From a bacterium (lineage in GTDB: Bacteria; Zhuqueibacterota; Zhuqueibacteria; Oceanimicrobiales; Oceanimicrobiaceae): a stretch of DNA of 25,051 nucleotides. The stretch covers positions 1-25,051 of the forward strand of contig JBHHYI010000051.1 of assembly GCA_046757525.1 (NCBI GenBank), written 5' to 3'. Positions 16,625 through 25,051 of the stretch are shown piece by piece (the stretch's first letter is position 1; every line of letters begins with the position of its first letter). The position numbers were made by a program, and so were the translations under genes. Under the pieces are notes generated by a model that worked only from the letters and a program-made list of their open reading frames with translations, did not search any database and was not told the origin of the DNA.

Positions 16625-18085
16625 TCAGTTGAGCCTGTAATAAGTTGTGGATTTTACGAATCTAAATTTCCCACCGGGTTCCGATTTGATCGATTTGACC
16701 AAATAAACGCTGCAGGCAACGGTTTCGCCGTAGAAGTCGTTGAATTCGTTAGCCAATTTTTCTTTGTCGATAAGCCGATTTCTTTTAGGCACTACGAGAA
16801 GATCAAATGATTTTTCTTCTTTTTGAATCAATTGGAAGTTGTCGATTTCCTCATGAGCGTGAAAGAAATCAAAAACGCGATCGCTGGCGAAAATCTTGCC
16901 CCGGCTGTTAATTAACGTATCGTACAATCGGCCTTGAACCTTTATTCTTTCAGCTTTTAAAACACACGAATGATTCCCATTTGAATAATGAGCCACATCG
17001 CCAATGTCATAACGAATGAGCGGCATGGCTTTGTTGGAGAGATCGGTCAAATAGAGTTTGCCTAATTCGCCTGGAGGCAACAAATCGTTGTCGCGACAAA
17101 TCTCGATGTAATACAAATCCATGAAGTAGTGCAGACCGTCGTGTAAGTCACAATCGCTGGCAACAAACCCGGTTTCGCTGCATCCGTACGTGTCATAGAT
17201 ATCGCACCGAAAGGCCCTTTTGATCTTTTGTTTCATAAGATCAGTAATCGAACCCCCGATAGGCTTGATGACACCTACCTTGGGTGGCGAAATCTGCTCA
17301 TCAAGAATGAATTTAGCCAACGCGTAGATGTAAAGGGGAAGTCCTTCAAGCAAATAGGGCTTATATTTCTGGATCCGTTCAACATAGCCGCGCAGGGAAG
17401 CCTCGGGTATGTTGGTCCCTGCTTTGCTGAAAGAGGGCAGAGTGAGGCGTCGGTAAGCCTTTTGTCGCCTGGCATGCACCTGTTTAAAGATATATTGATT
17501 CAGTGCGTGCAAATCCAATCTCTTGATTCTGTCCAGCAATTCTTTGCTGAGAAAATGATTATCGCCATTTTGGTAGTTTTCACCACATATATTTGAGCAC
17601 ATGTACGGCGGAATTTCTAACCATTTCTTGCCGAGTTCGTGACCACCCGCTTGTTTGTGGGCCCGCAGTCCGGCAGCCCAGTTTAAGTTGGCTTTGATGA
17701 AGTCATAGATACCCATCACTTGTTTAGTGGTTCCTGAAGTCGCCACATACATCCATTTCCGTCTGTCGAGTCCGTTGGCGGTGATTTGGTCCGGGAAATT
17801 GCGCATGATGTCTTCTTTGGTGAGCGGTGGTATTCGCAGAATATCGGACGGACGGTTTATTTTGTAAACATCGATCCCGGCCTGGCGGAATCTTTCACGG
17901 TAAAATGGCACGTGTTCGTTGGCATGAATCAGCATCTGCTTCAATCTTCTGAATTGAATTCGACTCAATTCTTCGAAAGAAAGGCGATCCTTCTTCAACA
18001 TGTCCTGGTAAAAGTCCCAAAAATAGATTCTGTTTGATTTGCTGAGAGCCGGCATTATAAGCCGCCTCATGACCGCACTGTACAT
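16625..18085 (-). CDS. Phenylacetate-CoA ligase/CapK-like adenylate-forming enzyme
   Basis: HVPFYRERF, IPPLTKEDI, ATSGTT, YGCSETG, TDLSNKAMPLIRYDIGD, QGR..D and GKFRFV. Strong GAGGAGG RBS on the minus strand. Confidence 0.88.
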   Translation of the reverse strand: MYSAVMRRLIMPALSKSNRIYFWDFYQDMLKKDRLSFEELSRIQFRRLKQMLIHANEHVPFYRERFRQAGIDVYKINRPSDILRIPPLTKEDIMRNFPDQITANGLDRRKWMYVATSGTTKQVMGIYDFIKANLNWAAGLRAHKQAGGHELGKKWLEIPPYMCSNICGENYQNGDNHFLSKELLDRIKRLDLHALNQYIFKQVHARRQKAYRRLTLPSFSKAGTNIPEASLRGYVERIQKYKPYLLEGLPLYIYALAKFILDEQISPPKVGVIKPIGGSITDLMKQKIKRAFRCDIYDTYGCSETGFVASDCDLHDGLHYFMDLYYIEICRDNDLLPPGELGKLYLTDLSNKAMPLIRYDIGDVAHYSNGNHSCVLKAERIKVQGRLYDTLINSRGKIFASDRVFDFFHAHEEIDNFQLIQKEEKSFDLLVVPKRNRLIDKEKLANEFNDFYGETVACSVYLVKSIKSEPGGKFRFVKSTTYYRLN

Positions 18086-18291
18086 CAGATGGTCCTCCTC
18101 TTACATAGAAATTACAAATGTCTAACCAAAGTATTATACTTTTTGCACTTGCATATTGCGGAATTTTTATGCTTGCTATTATCCTCGATAATGATTAAGT
18201 TTAATAGTTCTGGAGAAAGGGCTTCCTCCAGGATTTTGGTGCAAATGATTAGAAACTTTACGTTTAGATTTAAATATGGAGAAATGTCATC

Positions 18292-18720
18292 ATGATGTAC
18301 GATCCATTTATGGTGCAACCCATGCGCGATGAGCTTACCCATATTGGCTTTAAAGAGCTGACCACCACGGAGGAGGTAGACGAGGTACTGGCGAAGGCGA
18401 ATGGAACAACCTTTCTGCTGGTGAATTCTGTTTGTGGTTGTGCGGCTGGCCAGGCGCGCCCTGGGGCGGCCCTAGCCCTTACGAACGACGTGGTACCGGA
18501 AAATTTGGTCACCGTGTTTGCCGGTCAGGATGTGGAGGCCACGGCGCAGGCTCGCAGCTATTTGAAGGGCATTCCACCTTCGTCCCCTTCCATGGCCCTG
18601 TTTAAGGACGGCCAATTGGTTTACGTGTTGGAGCGGCATCAAATTGAAGGACGCAGTGCGGAACAAGTGGCCGCCGAACTTATAGCTGCATTCAGGAAAT
18701 TTTGCAATTCAAAGGGCTGA
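18292..18720 (+). CDS. BrxA/BrxB-family bacilliredoxin
   Basis: PMRDELT..GF.EL.T, NSVCGCAAG.ARP (CGC motif), TVFAGQD.EAT, PPSSPSMALFKDG and RHQIEGR. The start is 18292 or 18295. Confidence 0.95.
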   Translation: MMYDPFMVQPMRDELTHIGFKELTTTEEVDEVLAKANGTTFLLVNSVCGCAAGQARPGAALALTNDVVPENLVTVFAGQDVEATAQARSYLKGIPPSSPSMALFKDGQLVYVLERHQIEGRSAEQVAAELIAAFRKFCNSKG

Positions 18721-18949
18721 GCAAGGCGCATCGGTGCCGAGCCAGCGCGGTGCGCCCGCAACTGAATGGAACAATGATCTTATGGATTCAACGGAGTTGC
18801 GCGGATTTGGGCCTTGTGAGAGTTTAATAGGTTATTCAATGCACGACCTGCAACAGATTTCGTTGGTCCAATCTGCGTTCTAATTCCTTTTGCACTTTTG
18901 TCAGTCGGGCGCCTGACCGATGCAAGACGTGAGACCGCATGCCATTGAG

Positions 18950-18986
18950 AGGCAGGGATTGATTGGATCCTTGCCTTTTTGTGTTT
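18950..18986 (+). terminator. Probable intrinsic terminator
   Basis: AGGCAGGGAT (18950-18959) / ATCCTTGCCT (18967-18976; one G-U pair) followed by TTTTGTGTTT. Confidence 0.6.
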
Positions 18987-19083
18987 GCAGAAAGTGCCTG
19001 GATTCGAGAATCGGACCCTGACGCACACCACTTGAATCGCAATTCAACTATTCTGACCAGACTTTAGTGGCGGAAAAATAAAG

Positions 19084-19193
19084 GTCAACTCAGATTTGGA
19101 GCTATTCGGTGCTCTTTAGTGTGCTTCGGTGTTTGAGTTGACTTTTCCGAATCGGGGTTGAACAGTGATGTCCAACAGCGAAGGTCGCCGAAT
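19084..19193. repeat. Cluster 2 of the 9-bp-periodic inverted-repeat family
   Basis: TTCGGTGCTCTTTAGTGTGCTTCGGTGTT (~19105-19133) and the inverted arm AACAGCGAAGGTCGCCGAA (~19175-19193). The first arm is enclosed by GTCAACTCA / TGAGTTGAC. Confidence 0.75.
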
Positions 19194-19271
19194 AAGTTTT
19201 GACAGGACACTTGCAAGACGGTGTCCTTCAGGATGGGGTTTTTTTGCGTCGGCCCGTGCGCAAAATTCGAG

Positions 19272-21239
19272 CTATTTGTTCCGTCCGAGGCAGCTTTTGC
19301 TAAAATAATAGACCAGCCCACCGAAAATCAGGAGACCGATAAAAGGGGCTGCGGCGCCGGCCCATTCGGTGCCAAAGCCCTCCGGCGCTTTCCCCTGGTA
19401 AAAGGCAACGGCCGCAATGCCGACTCCGAGAAGTCCTTCGCCGCCAACCAATCCAGAGCCGAACAGTATTCCTTGCTCTCGTCTGGAGGCAGCTTCTTCA
19501 CTTGAAGAAGATTTCTTCTCTAACGCCACGCGCAGCAAACCGCCCAGGAAAACCGGGACCATGGTCGAAACAGGAAGGTAGACGCCCACCGCAAACGGCA
19601 GGCTGGGAATGCGGAACAGTTCGGTCACCAGGGCAATGAGCACACCAATGCCCACCAGAATCCAGGGCAAGGTGTTTTGCAACACGCCTTCGATGACCAC
19701 TTTCATGAGCGTGGCCTGTGGAGCAGGCAGTTCCGTGGTGCCGAAGCCGTAAGCCTTATTCAGGAGCAGGACGGCCAAACAAACGAAAGTCGCTGAAGTG
19801 AGAACACCAGCCAACTCGCCAATCTGCTGTTTGTGTGGGGTAGCTCCCAGCAGAAAGCCGGTTTTTAGGTCCTGAGACGTGTCGCCCGCAATAGAGGCGG
19901 CGATGGCCACCACACATCCCACGGTCAGCGCGGCCACCTTACCGATATCGTCGGTCCAGCCCAGGAGCAGGAAAATGGAGGCAGTGCCGAGCAAAGCCGC
20001 TATGGTCATGCCGCTGGTGGGGTTTGAAGTCACCCCGACCAGGCCCACGATTCGAGACGAAACGGTGACGAAGAAAAAGGCAAAAATAACCACCAGAATG
20101 GCGCCGAGCAACCGCACCGCAAAGGTTTCCAGATTGCCGAAAACATGAGGAACCAGGGCCATGGTCACAGCAACAATCACGGCGCCAATGCCGACGACCT
20201 GCAACGGCAAGTCCTGTGCGGTTCGCGGCAGTGCCACGCCGGCTGCCTGCATGCGCGATTTAAGCTGCTGCGCGCCCACACGAAAACTTTCTATCATGGT
20301 AGGAATGCTGCGCAGGAGCGTAATCAGGCCGCCGGTGGCGACGGCGCCAGCACCGATGTAGCGCACGTAGCGCGTCCAGATCTGGCCAGGGGTCATGTCC
20401 GTGATCAATTTCATCGTTTCGGGATAGAGAGGAACCAGGCGCCCTTCTCCCCAGTAGGCGATGGCGGGAATGATGACCAGCCAGGACAACAGGCCGCCTC
20501 CCACCATGATGGCCCCGATTCGTGGGCCCAGAATATAGCCCACGCCGAAAAGCGCGCCCGAATTCTCGAGTCCGAGCTGTCCTTTTTTCAAAAATGGAAT
20601 TCTAAAATGCACGTCGTCTGGAATTACGCGGATCCAGCCGGTCACGAATTTGAACAAGGCACCTACCCCAAGTCCAAGAAAGACGTTTTTAGCGCGTCCG
20701 CCACCCACTTCGCTCGCCACCAACACCTCGGCGCAGGCTGTCCCTTCGGGATATGGCAGATTACCGTGCTCCTTCTGGATCAGAAATCGCCGCAATGGAA
20801 TCATGAAGAGGACGCCGAGGAGTCCTCCAAACATGGCCAGCAAGGTCATTTGTACCAGCGTTGGCTCCAGACCCCACAGAAACAAGGCCGGCAGCGTAAA
20901 AATCACACCGCTGGCCACCGAACTCGATGCCGAACCAATCGTCTGGGAAATGTTGGCTTCGAGTATGCTGCTGCTGCGGCCCAGAGTTTGTAACGCTTTA
21001 AACGCTGCCACGGTCATGACAGCCACCGGGATGGAGGTCGAAATGGTGAGACCGGCACGCAAGCCCAGATAAGCGTTGGCGGCGCCGAATAAAATACCAA
21101 AAATAATGCCTGCCACAGTCGCTTTCAGAGTGAACTCGGCTGGACTTTCAGAGGCCAGAATGTAAGGATCGTATGATTCGCCTTCAGGAATAGGTACGTA
21201 GGCTTTTTGACTTAGACCTTGTTTGTGGCTCATGAGCAT
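19272..21239 (-). CDS. OPT-family oligopeptide transporter
   Basis: EFTLKA, ANAYLGLRAGLTISTSIP, ILEANI.QTIGSA, IPLRR, LPYPEGTACAEVL, SNPTSGMTIA, QDLKTGFLLGATP..QQ and LPAPQATLM. The start is likely the ATG at 21239 or 21233, not 21401. Confidence 0.95.
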   Translation of the reverse strand: MLMSHKQGLSQKAYVPIPEGESYDPYILASESPAEFTLKATVAGIIFGILFGAANAYLGLRAGLTISTSIPVAVMTVAAFKALQTLGRSSSILEANISQTIGSASSSVASGVIFTLPALFLWGLEPTLVQMTLLAMFGGLLGVLFMIPLRRFLIQKEHGNLPYPEGTACAEVLVASEVGGGRAKNVFLGLGVGALFKFVTGWIRVIPDDVHFRIPFLKKGQLGLENSGALFGVGYILGPRIGAIMVGGGLLSWLVIIPAIAYWGEGRLVPLYPETMKLITDMTPGQIWTRYVRYIGAGAVATGGLITLLRSIPTMIESFRVGAQQLKSRMQAAGVALPRTAQDLPLQVVGIGAVIVAVTMALVPHVFGNLETFAVRLLGAILVVIFAFFFVTVSSRIVGLVGVTSNPTSGMTIAALLGTASIFLLLGWTDDIGKVAALTVGCVVAIAASIAGDTSQDLKTGFLLGATPHKQQIGELAGVLTSATFVCLAVLLLNKAYGFGTTELPAPQATLMKVVIEGVLQNTLPWILVGIGVLIALVTELFRIPSLPFAVGVYLPVSTMVPVFLGGLLRVALEKKSSSSEEAASRREQGILFGSGLVGGEGLLGVGIAAVAFYQGKAPEGFGTEWAGAAAPFIGLLIFGGLVYYFSKSCLGRNK

Positions 21240-21319
21240 GCTCTGTTTGTTGGTAGGAATGTTGAGAATTGTTTGCAGAGTATAACCCATTTGGCACAAA
21301 AAGGCAAGGGAATACTTTA

Positions 21320-21723
21320 ATGCATGGAGAGTTACAATGGGTTCCGGAGTGTTCAGAAAGACGCTGTATGCTTGTCTGGAAGGATTGCCTCTCTTGAACA
21401 AGCAGCTAACCCGCTTGCGTCTTCCGTCGCTTCCAGGACCTCTGTCAAGAAAAGTATTGCCTATGGCACATTGCCCCGCGGATTCCAGTTGCGTGATTGC
21501 TGTACAGGCCCTTGTAGGTTTGATAATTGGCCGACAAATTGCGTAAGCAAGGCATTAGTTGTCACCAGCAAGTACCGTTGAAGAATTAGAGAAAAGTCAT
21601 TATGCCCAGGTGAAGAATTATCTGAAAACTACGCGCATTAGACTGGGGCTTTTGATCAATTTTGGTAATCCAACTTTGCAATTCAAGAGAATCATTGTGT
21701 GCCGTTTTCGGTGCTTTCAGTGA
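21320..21723 (+). pseudogene. Decayed GxxExxY-family (PD-(D/E)XK) protein gene
   Basis: Frame 1 from 21571 reads STVEELEKSHYAQVKNYLKTTRIRLGLLINFGNPTLQFKRIIV, the diagnostic H.AQ..NYLK.T....GLLINFG...L..KR tail of GxxExxY proteins. Upstream in the same frame are stops at 21544-21546 and 21556-21558 and degenerate remnants (MGSGVFRKTLY, LIIGRQI). The 5' boundary is approximate. Confidence 0.85.
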
Positions 21724-21893
21724 GCTTCAGTGTTCGATTTTTAGTTTTTTTAATTCAACACTGAAGGACACCGAAGAAGACTGAATTTTTCTGATTCTTG
21801 TTAGCAAGGGTTGTTTGCCGTTTTCGGTGTTTTCAGTGTGCTTCAGTGTTCCTTTTTGGTTTTTTAATTCAACACCGAAGGCCACTGAAGAAG
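21695..21893. repeat. Cluster 3 of the 9-bp-periodic family: two ~84-bp direct repeats (period 116 bp), each an internal hairpin
   Basis: TTGTGTGCCGTTTTCGGTGCTTTCAGTGAGCTTCAGTGTT...TAATTCAACACTGAAGGACACCGAAGAAG (from 21695) and TTGTTTGCCGTTTTCGGTGTTTTCAGTGTGCTTCAGTGTT...TAATTCAACACCGAAGGCCACTGAAGAAG (from 21811). Confidence 0.9.
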
Positions 21894-21953
21894 TACTTCC
21901 GACGCTTTAATGTCTTTGCCGGGAGGTTGCCCTCGAATGGCTTCACCAACTCC

Positions 21954-24900
21954 TTATTCGGTCTCAACCTTGGCAAACCGCATTTTGATTTTTTCAAAAG
22001 TAAGGTAAATCACCGGGATCAAAAACACGGTAAAAATGGTCGACGTCATGATGCCGCCGATGGAGACAATGGCCATGGGCGCGCGGGTTTCAGAGCCTTC
22101 ACCCAATCCCAGGGCCAGCGGCAGCATGCCTAAAGCCACAGCCAGATTCATCATGATGATGGGCCGCAGCCGTTCGGAGCAGGCTTTGACGATGGCCTCC
22201 ATGATTTCCATGCCCCGTTCCCGCAGAACATGCGTGTAATCCAGCAATAGAATGCCGTTATTCACCACAATCCCAACCAGCATGACCATGGCCATCATGC
22301 TGAAGATGCTGAGCGTCGCGCCGGTTATGAGAAGAGAAAGAATAACTCCCACCAGTCCCAACGGCAGGGTCATCATGATGGTAATCGGGTGAATGTACGA
22401 TTCCAGAATTGCTGCCAGCGCCATGTAGGTCAGAATGATGGCCAGCAGCAACGCCTGCAAAATGTTGGCGAAAGATTCCGCCTGGCGTTCCGACTGCCCG
22501 CCGAAGAAAACTCCGTACCCGGGCGGCAGGTGCAGTTGTTGCAATTGCGCCTCGATGTCGGCCTGTACTTCCCCGAGGCTGCGCTGCGCAATATTGGCGG
22601 TGACCGTCACCAACCGTTTTTTGTCCTTCCGGGAAATCTGTGTGGGCCCGGCGCCAAGCTCGATGTCCGCAACTTCGGCAATTGGAATCACCTGGCCATC
22701 GGCGCCTCTGAGCAGAATATCCCGCACCTGGTCGATGTTGTTTTTGTCGGCGTCTGCGAACCGAACGCGCATGTCGTACTCGTGGTCGCCAACCCGGTAT
22801 TCTGAAGCGACCTGGCCCTCGATGCTGGCGCGCACCGCCGAGGCCACTTGCCCAACCGTCAGGCCGTGCTCGGCAATCCGGTCCCGGTCCGGGATGATCT
22901 TGATTTCCGGCTTGCCCACTTTCCACGACGACTTCACCGACGTGGTACCCTTGGTTTTCCGCACAATGTTCATGAGCTGACCTGCTAAATCATTCAAGAC
23001 ATTCATGTCGTCACCGGTGAGTTCGATCTGCAGGTCGGCTTGCGCACCGCCAAATGGGTTGGTGGGTTTGACGGTGATGTCTGCGGCCGGAATGACGGCC
23101 AGCTTCGAAAGCATCTCCTTGGCGACCTCTTTCGTCGCTCGCTCCCGTTTGTCTTTGTCCACGAGTTTAACGGCCATTTGCCCAACTTCAACGCCCTCAG
23201 TACTGGCCGCCAAACCGCCGGCGTCGATTCTTCCTAAAATGGTGTAGATGGATTTCACCTCCGGAATTTTGCTGAGCGTTTGCTCCACCCGCCGTAAGGA
23301 TTTGTCCGTTTGCTCCAGACGCGTGCCTGCTGGCATTTCAAGGGTCACATCGATCTGACCTTCGTCCGAAGGGGTGAAAAACTCGCTGCCAATAAAGCGC
23401 ATTAGAAACAGACTCGCCAAAAAGATGGCCGTGTTGAGTACCATCACAGGGGGACGATGCCGCAGCGCCCAATTTAAGGCACTCTTGTAGCCGGTGGCCA
23501 GGTCCTCGTAAAGGGCGTCCCACCATTGCCCAAACCGGTACAAAGGTCCGCGTTTTTGCTCCTCATGATCGTTTTGTTGTTTCAGGAGTTTTGCCGCCAG
23601 CATGGGAGTGAGGGTAAAGGAGACGATCAGCGAGAAGATGGTGGCGAAGGCCACGGTTAACCCAAATTGGCGGAAAAATTGTCCCACGATTCCGCTCATA
23701 AAAGCAATGGGCGTGAATACCACAATGTTGGTTAGGGTTGAAGCCACTACGGCCAGAGCAATTTCCGCGGTGCCAACATCCGCGGCCGTTACCGGTTTTT
23801 CCCCCATCTGAATTCGGTGAATGATGTTTTCCAAAACCACAATCGAATTGGCGACCAGAATGCCTACCGAGATGGCCAGGCCCATCAGGGACATGAAGTT
23901 CAGGGTAAAGCCGGCAAACAGGATGAGCGTAAAGGTCGCAATGATGGAGGTCGGCATGGCGATGGCGGCGATGATCGTGCCCTGTATATTGTGGAGAAAC
24001 AGGTAAAGCACCAGGGCGGTCAATAGAATCCCGATGAACAAATTGCTCATGACGTCGTTGATCGAGCGCTCGATAAAAACAGACCGGTCTCGCGCCACTT
24101 CAATCCTGACGTCGCCGGGAAGAACATCGGCTAATCGGGCGATTTCTTTTTTGACCCCTTTGGCTACCTGCACGGAGTTGGCATCGCCTTTCTTCACAAC
24201 CGACAGCCCCACCGCGGGTTTGCTTTCGTAGCGGGCTAAGTCCCGTTGTTCCTCGAACGAATCGATGACATCGGCTACTTCGGTAAGTTTGATCGGGTTT
24301 GGATTTGAGAAAGACGCGAGTCGCACTTTGCGGATTTGGTCCACCTCGTCGAATTCACCATCGAGGCGGACGGTGTACTCCTTAGTGCCCTGCTTAATAT
24401 GTCCACCAGGAATATCCAGATTAGACGCGGCAATGCTTCCCACAACATCGAGGATGGAGAGGCCGTAGGCGCGCAAACGGTCGCGGCGCACAGAAATCAA
24501 AATCTCACGCTCTTTGCCACCGAAAATGTCGATGGAGGCCACCCCGGGAACCCGGGACAGCCGGTCTTTGATCACGTCATCCACCAGGCGGTAGACTTCT
24601 GCCAGCGGCCTTGGACTTGAAACGGCTAAATCCAGGACGGGCTGCGCATTGATGTCAAATTTCGACACCACCGGGTCTTCGGCATCGTCCGGCAGGTCTG
24701 ATTTGATGAGGTCGATTTTGTCCTTCACTTCGATCGCCACGATATCGACATCGGTGCCGACTTCAAATTCCACAATCATAATGGCCACACCTTCACGGGC
24801 CACGGCCTGTACGTGCTTCACACCACTGATGGTGCTGACTTCATCTTCGATTTTCTCGATGATAAGGGTTTCGATTTCCTTGGGCCCGGCTCCAGGGTAG

Positions 24901-25049
24901 ACCGTGGTAATGGTCACCACCGGGAAATCCACATCCGGGGTGAGATCCACAGCCAGTTGAAAATAGGAATACAATCCAATCACCACAAAGGACATGATGA
25001 CCATGGTCATCAGCACCGGGCGTTTTATGGAAACTTTAGACAAAAACAT
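21954..25049 (-). CDS. RND-family (AcrB/AcrD/AcrF) efflux transporter permease subunit
   Basis: SIKRPV, PDVDFPVVTITTVYPGAGP.EIE, ASTLT.IVVF.PI, G.VGQFF.QFG, VSFTLTPML, ESYIHP and RLRPI.M; 1031 aa with a two-halved topology. The ATG lies at the window end. Confidence 0.97.
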   Translation of the reverse strand: MFLSKVSIKRPVLMTMVIMSFVVIGLYSYFQLAVDLTPDVDFPVVTITTVYPGAGPKEIETLIIEKIEDEVSTISGVKHVQAVAREGVAIMIVEFEVGTDVDIVAIEVKDKIDLIKSDLPDDAEDPVVSKFDINAQPVLDLAVSSPRPLAEVYRLVDDVIKDRLSRVPGVASIDIFGGKEREILISVRRDRLRAYGLSILDVVGSIAASNLDIPGGHIKQGTKEYTVRLDGEFDEVDQIRKVRLASFSNPNPIKLTEVADVIDSFEEQRDLARYESKPAVGLSVVKKGDANSVQVAKGVKKEIARLADVLPGDVRIEVARDRSVFIERSINDVMSNLFIGILLTALVLYLFLHNIQGTIIAAIAMPTSIIATFTLILFAGFTLNFMSLMGLAISVGILVANSIVVLENIIHRIQMGEKPVTAADVGTAEIALAVVASTLTNIVVFTPIAFMSGIVGQFFRQFGLTVAFATIFSLIVSFTLTPMLAAKLLKQQNDHEEQKRGPLYRFGQWWDALYEDLATGYKSALNWALRHRPPVMVLNTAIFLASLFLMRFIGSEFFTPSDEGQIDVTLEMPAGTRLEQTDKSLRRVEQTLSKIPEVKSIYTILGRIDAGGLAASTEGVEVGQMAVKLVDKDKRERATKEVAKEMLSKLAVIPAADITVKPTNPFGGAQADLQIELTGDDMNVLNDLAGQLMNIVRKTKGTTSVKSSWKVGKPEIKIIPDRDRIAEHGLTVGQVASAVRASIEGQVASEYRVGDHEYDMRVRFADADKNNIDQVRDILLRGADGQVIPIAEVADIELGAGPTQISRKDKKRLVTVTANIAQRSLGEVQADIEAQLQQLHLPPGYGVFFGGQSERQAESFANILQALLLAIILTYMALAAILESYIHPITIMMTLPLGLVGVILSLLITGATLSIFSMMAMVMLVGIVVNNGILLLDYTHVLRERGMEIMEAIVKACSERLRPIIMMNLAVALGMLPLALGLGEGSETRAPMAIVSIGGIMTSTIFTVFLIPVIYLTFEKIKMRFAKVETE

Positions 25050-25051
25050 GG

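Noticed and set aside
18089..18342. Short ORFs between the ligase and brx as possible precursor or carrier peptides
   Set aside because: AT-rich divergent promoter region; the ORFs lack a convincing RBS or motif and overlap the neighbouring starts.
20145..20993. Long antisense ORFs (here and at 388-1152 and 9050-9730)
   Set aside because: Shadows of well-supported GC-rich genes on the opposite strand, with no protein motifs.
21240..21401. N-terminal extension of the OPT ORF
   Set aside because: Not OPT-like and overlaps the GxxExxY relic on the opposite strand; similarity begins near MSHKQ...YVP.
21695..21893. Possible CRISPR array
   Set aside because: Only two long (~84 bp), imperfect, internally periodic copies with no series of unique spacers and no cas genes in the window.
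21798..22133. ORF with a CxxCxxC-like motif (CRFRCFQC)
   Set aside because: The motif is a translation artefact of the 9-bp repeat, and the rest of the ORF is antisense to the RND gene.

Overview
Bacterial genomic window, probably from a Gram-negative FCB-group lineage such as KSB1, Calditrichota or Ignavibacteria (inferred from the two C-terminal 'NYPNPFNP' FlgD-Ig/T9SS-like sorting domains). Plus strand, in order: a 5'-truncated secreted protein with three Cys-bearing Ig-like repeats; a truncated YCF48/BNR-repeat gene fused out of frame to the tail of an unrelated gene; an AT-rich type II restriction-modification pair (SPPY amino-methyltransferase with an apparently dead thermonuclease-like tail, plus an MjaI-family endonuclease); a class I/II aminotransferase; a nitrilase-family hydrolase; a 1396-aa S8 protease; a polytopic membrane PP2C/SpoIIE phosphatase; and a bacilliredoxin. 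Minus strand: a PaaK/CapK-like adenylating enzyme plus orphan SufS-type desulfurase operon, an OPT transporter and an RND transporter. The intergenic DNA carries several REP-like palindrome families. The most notable observations are (i) a dispersed 9-bp-periodic inverted-repeat family (TTCRGTGNN)n at about 1.9, 19.1 and 21.7 kb, whose largest cluster abuts an unannotated, decayed GxxExxY (PD-(D/E)XK) nuclease gene, suggesting a REP/RAYT-like element-nuclease system, and (ii) an intact RND pump that lacks nearly all AcrB-type proton-relay residues. All calls come from reading the sequence by eye; no searches were run.
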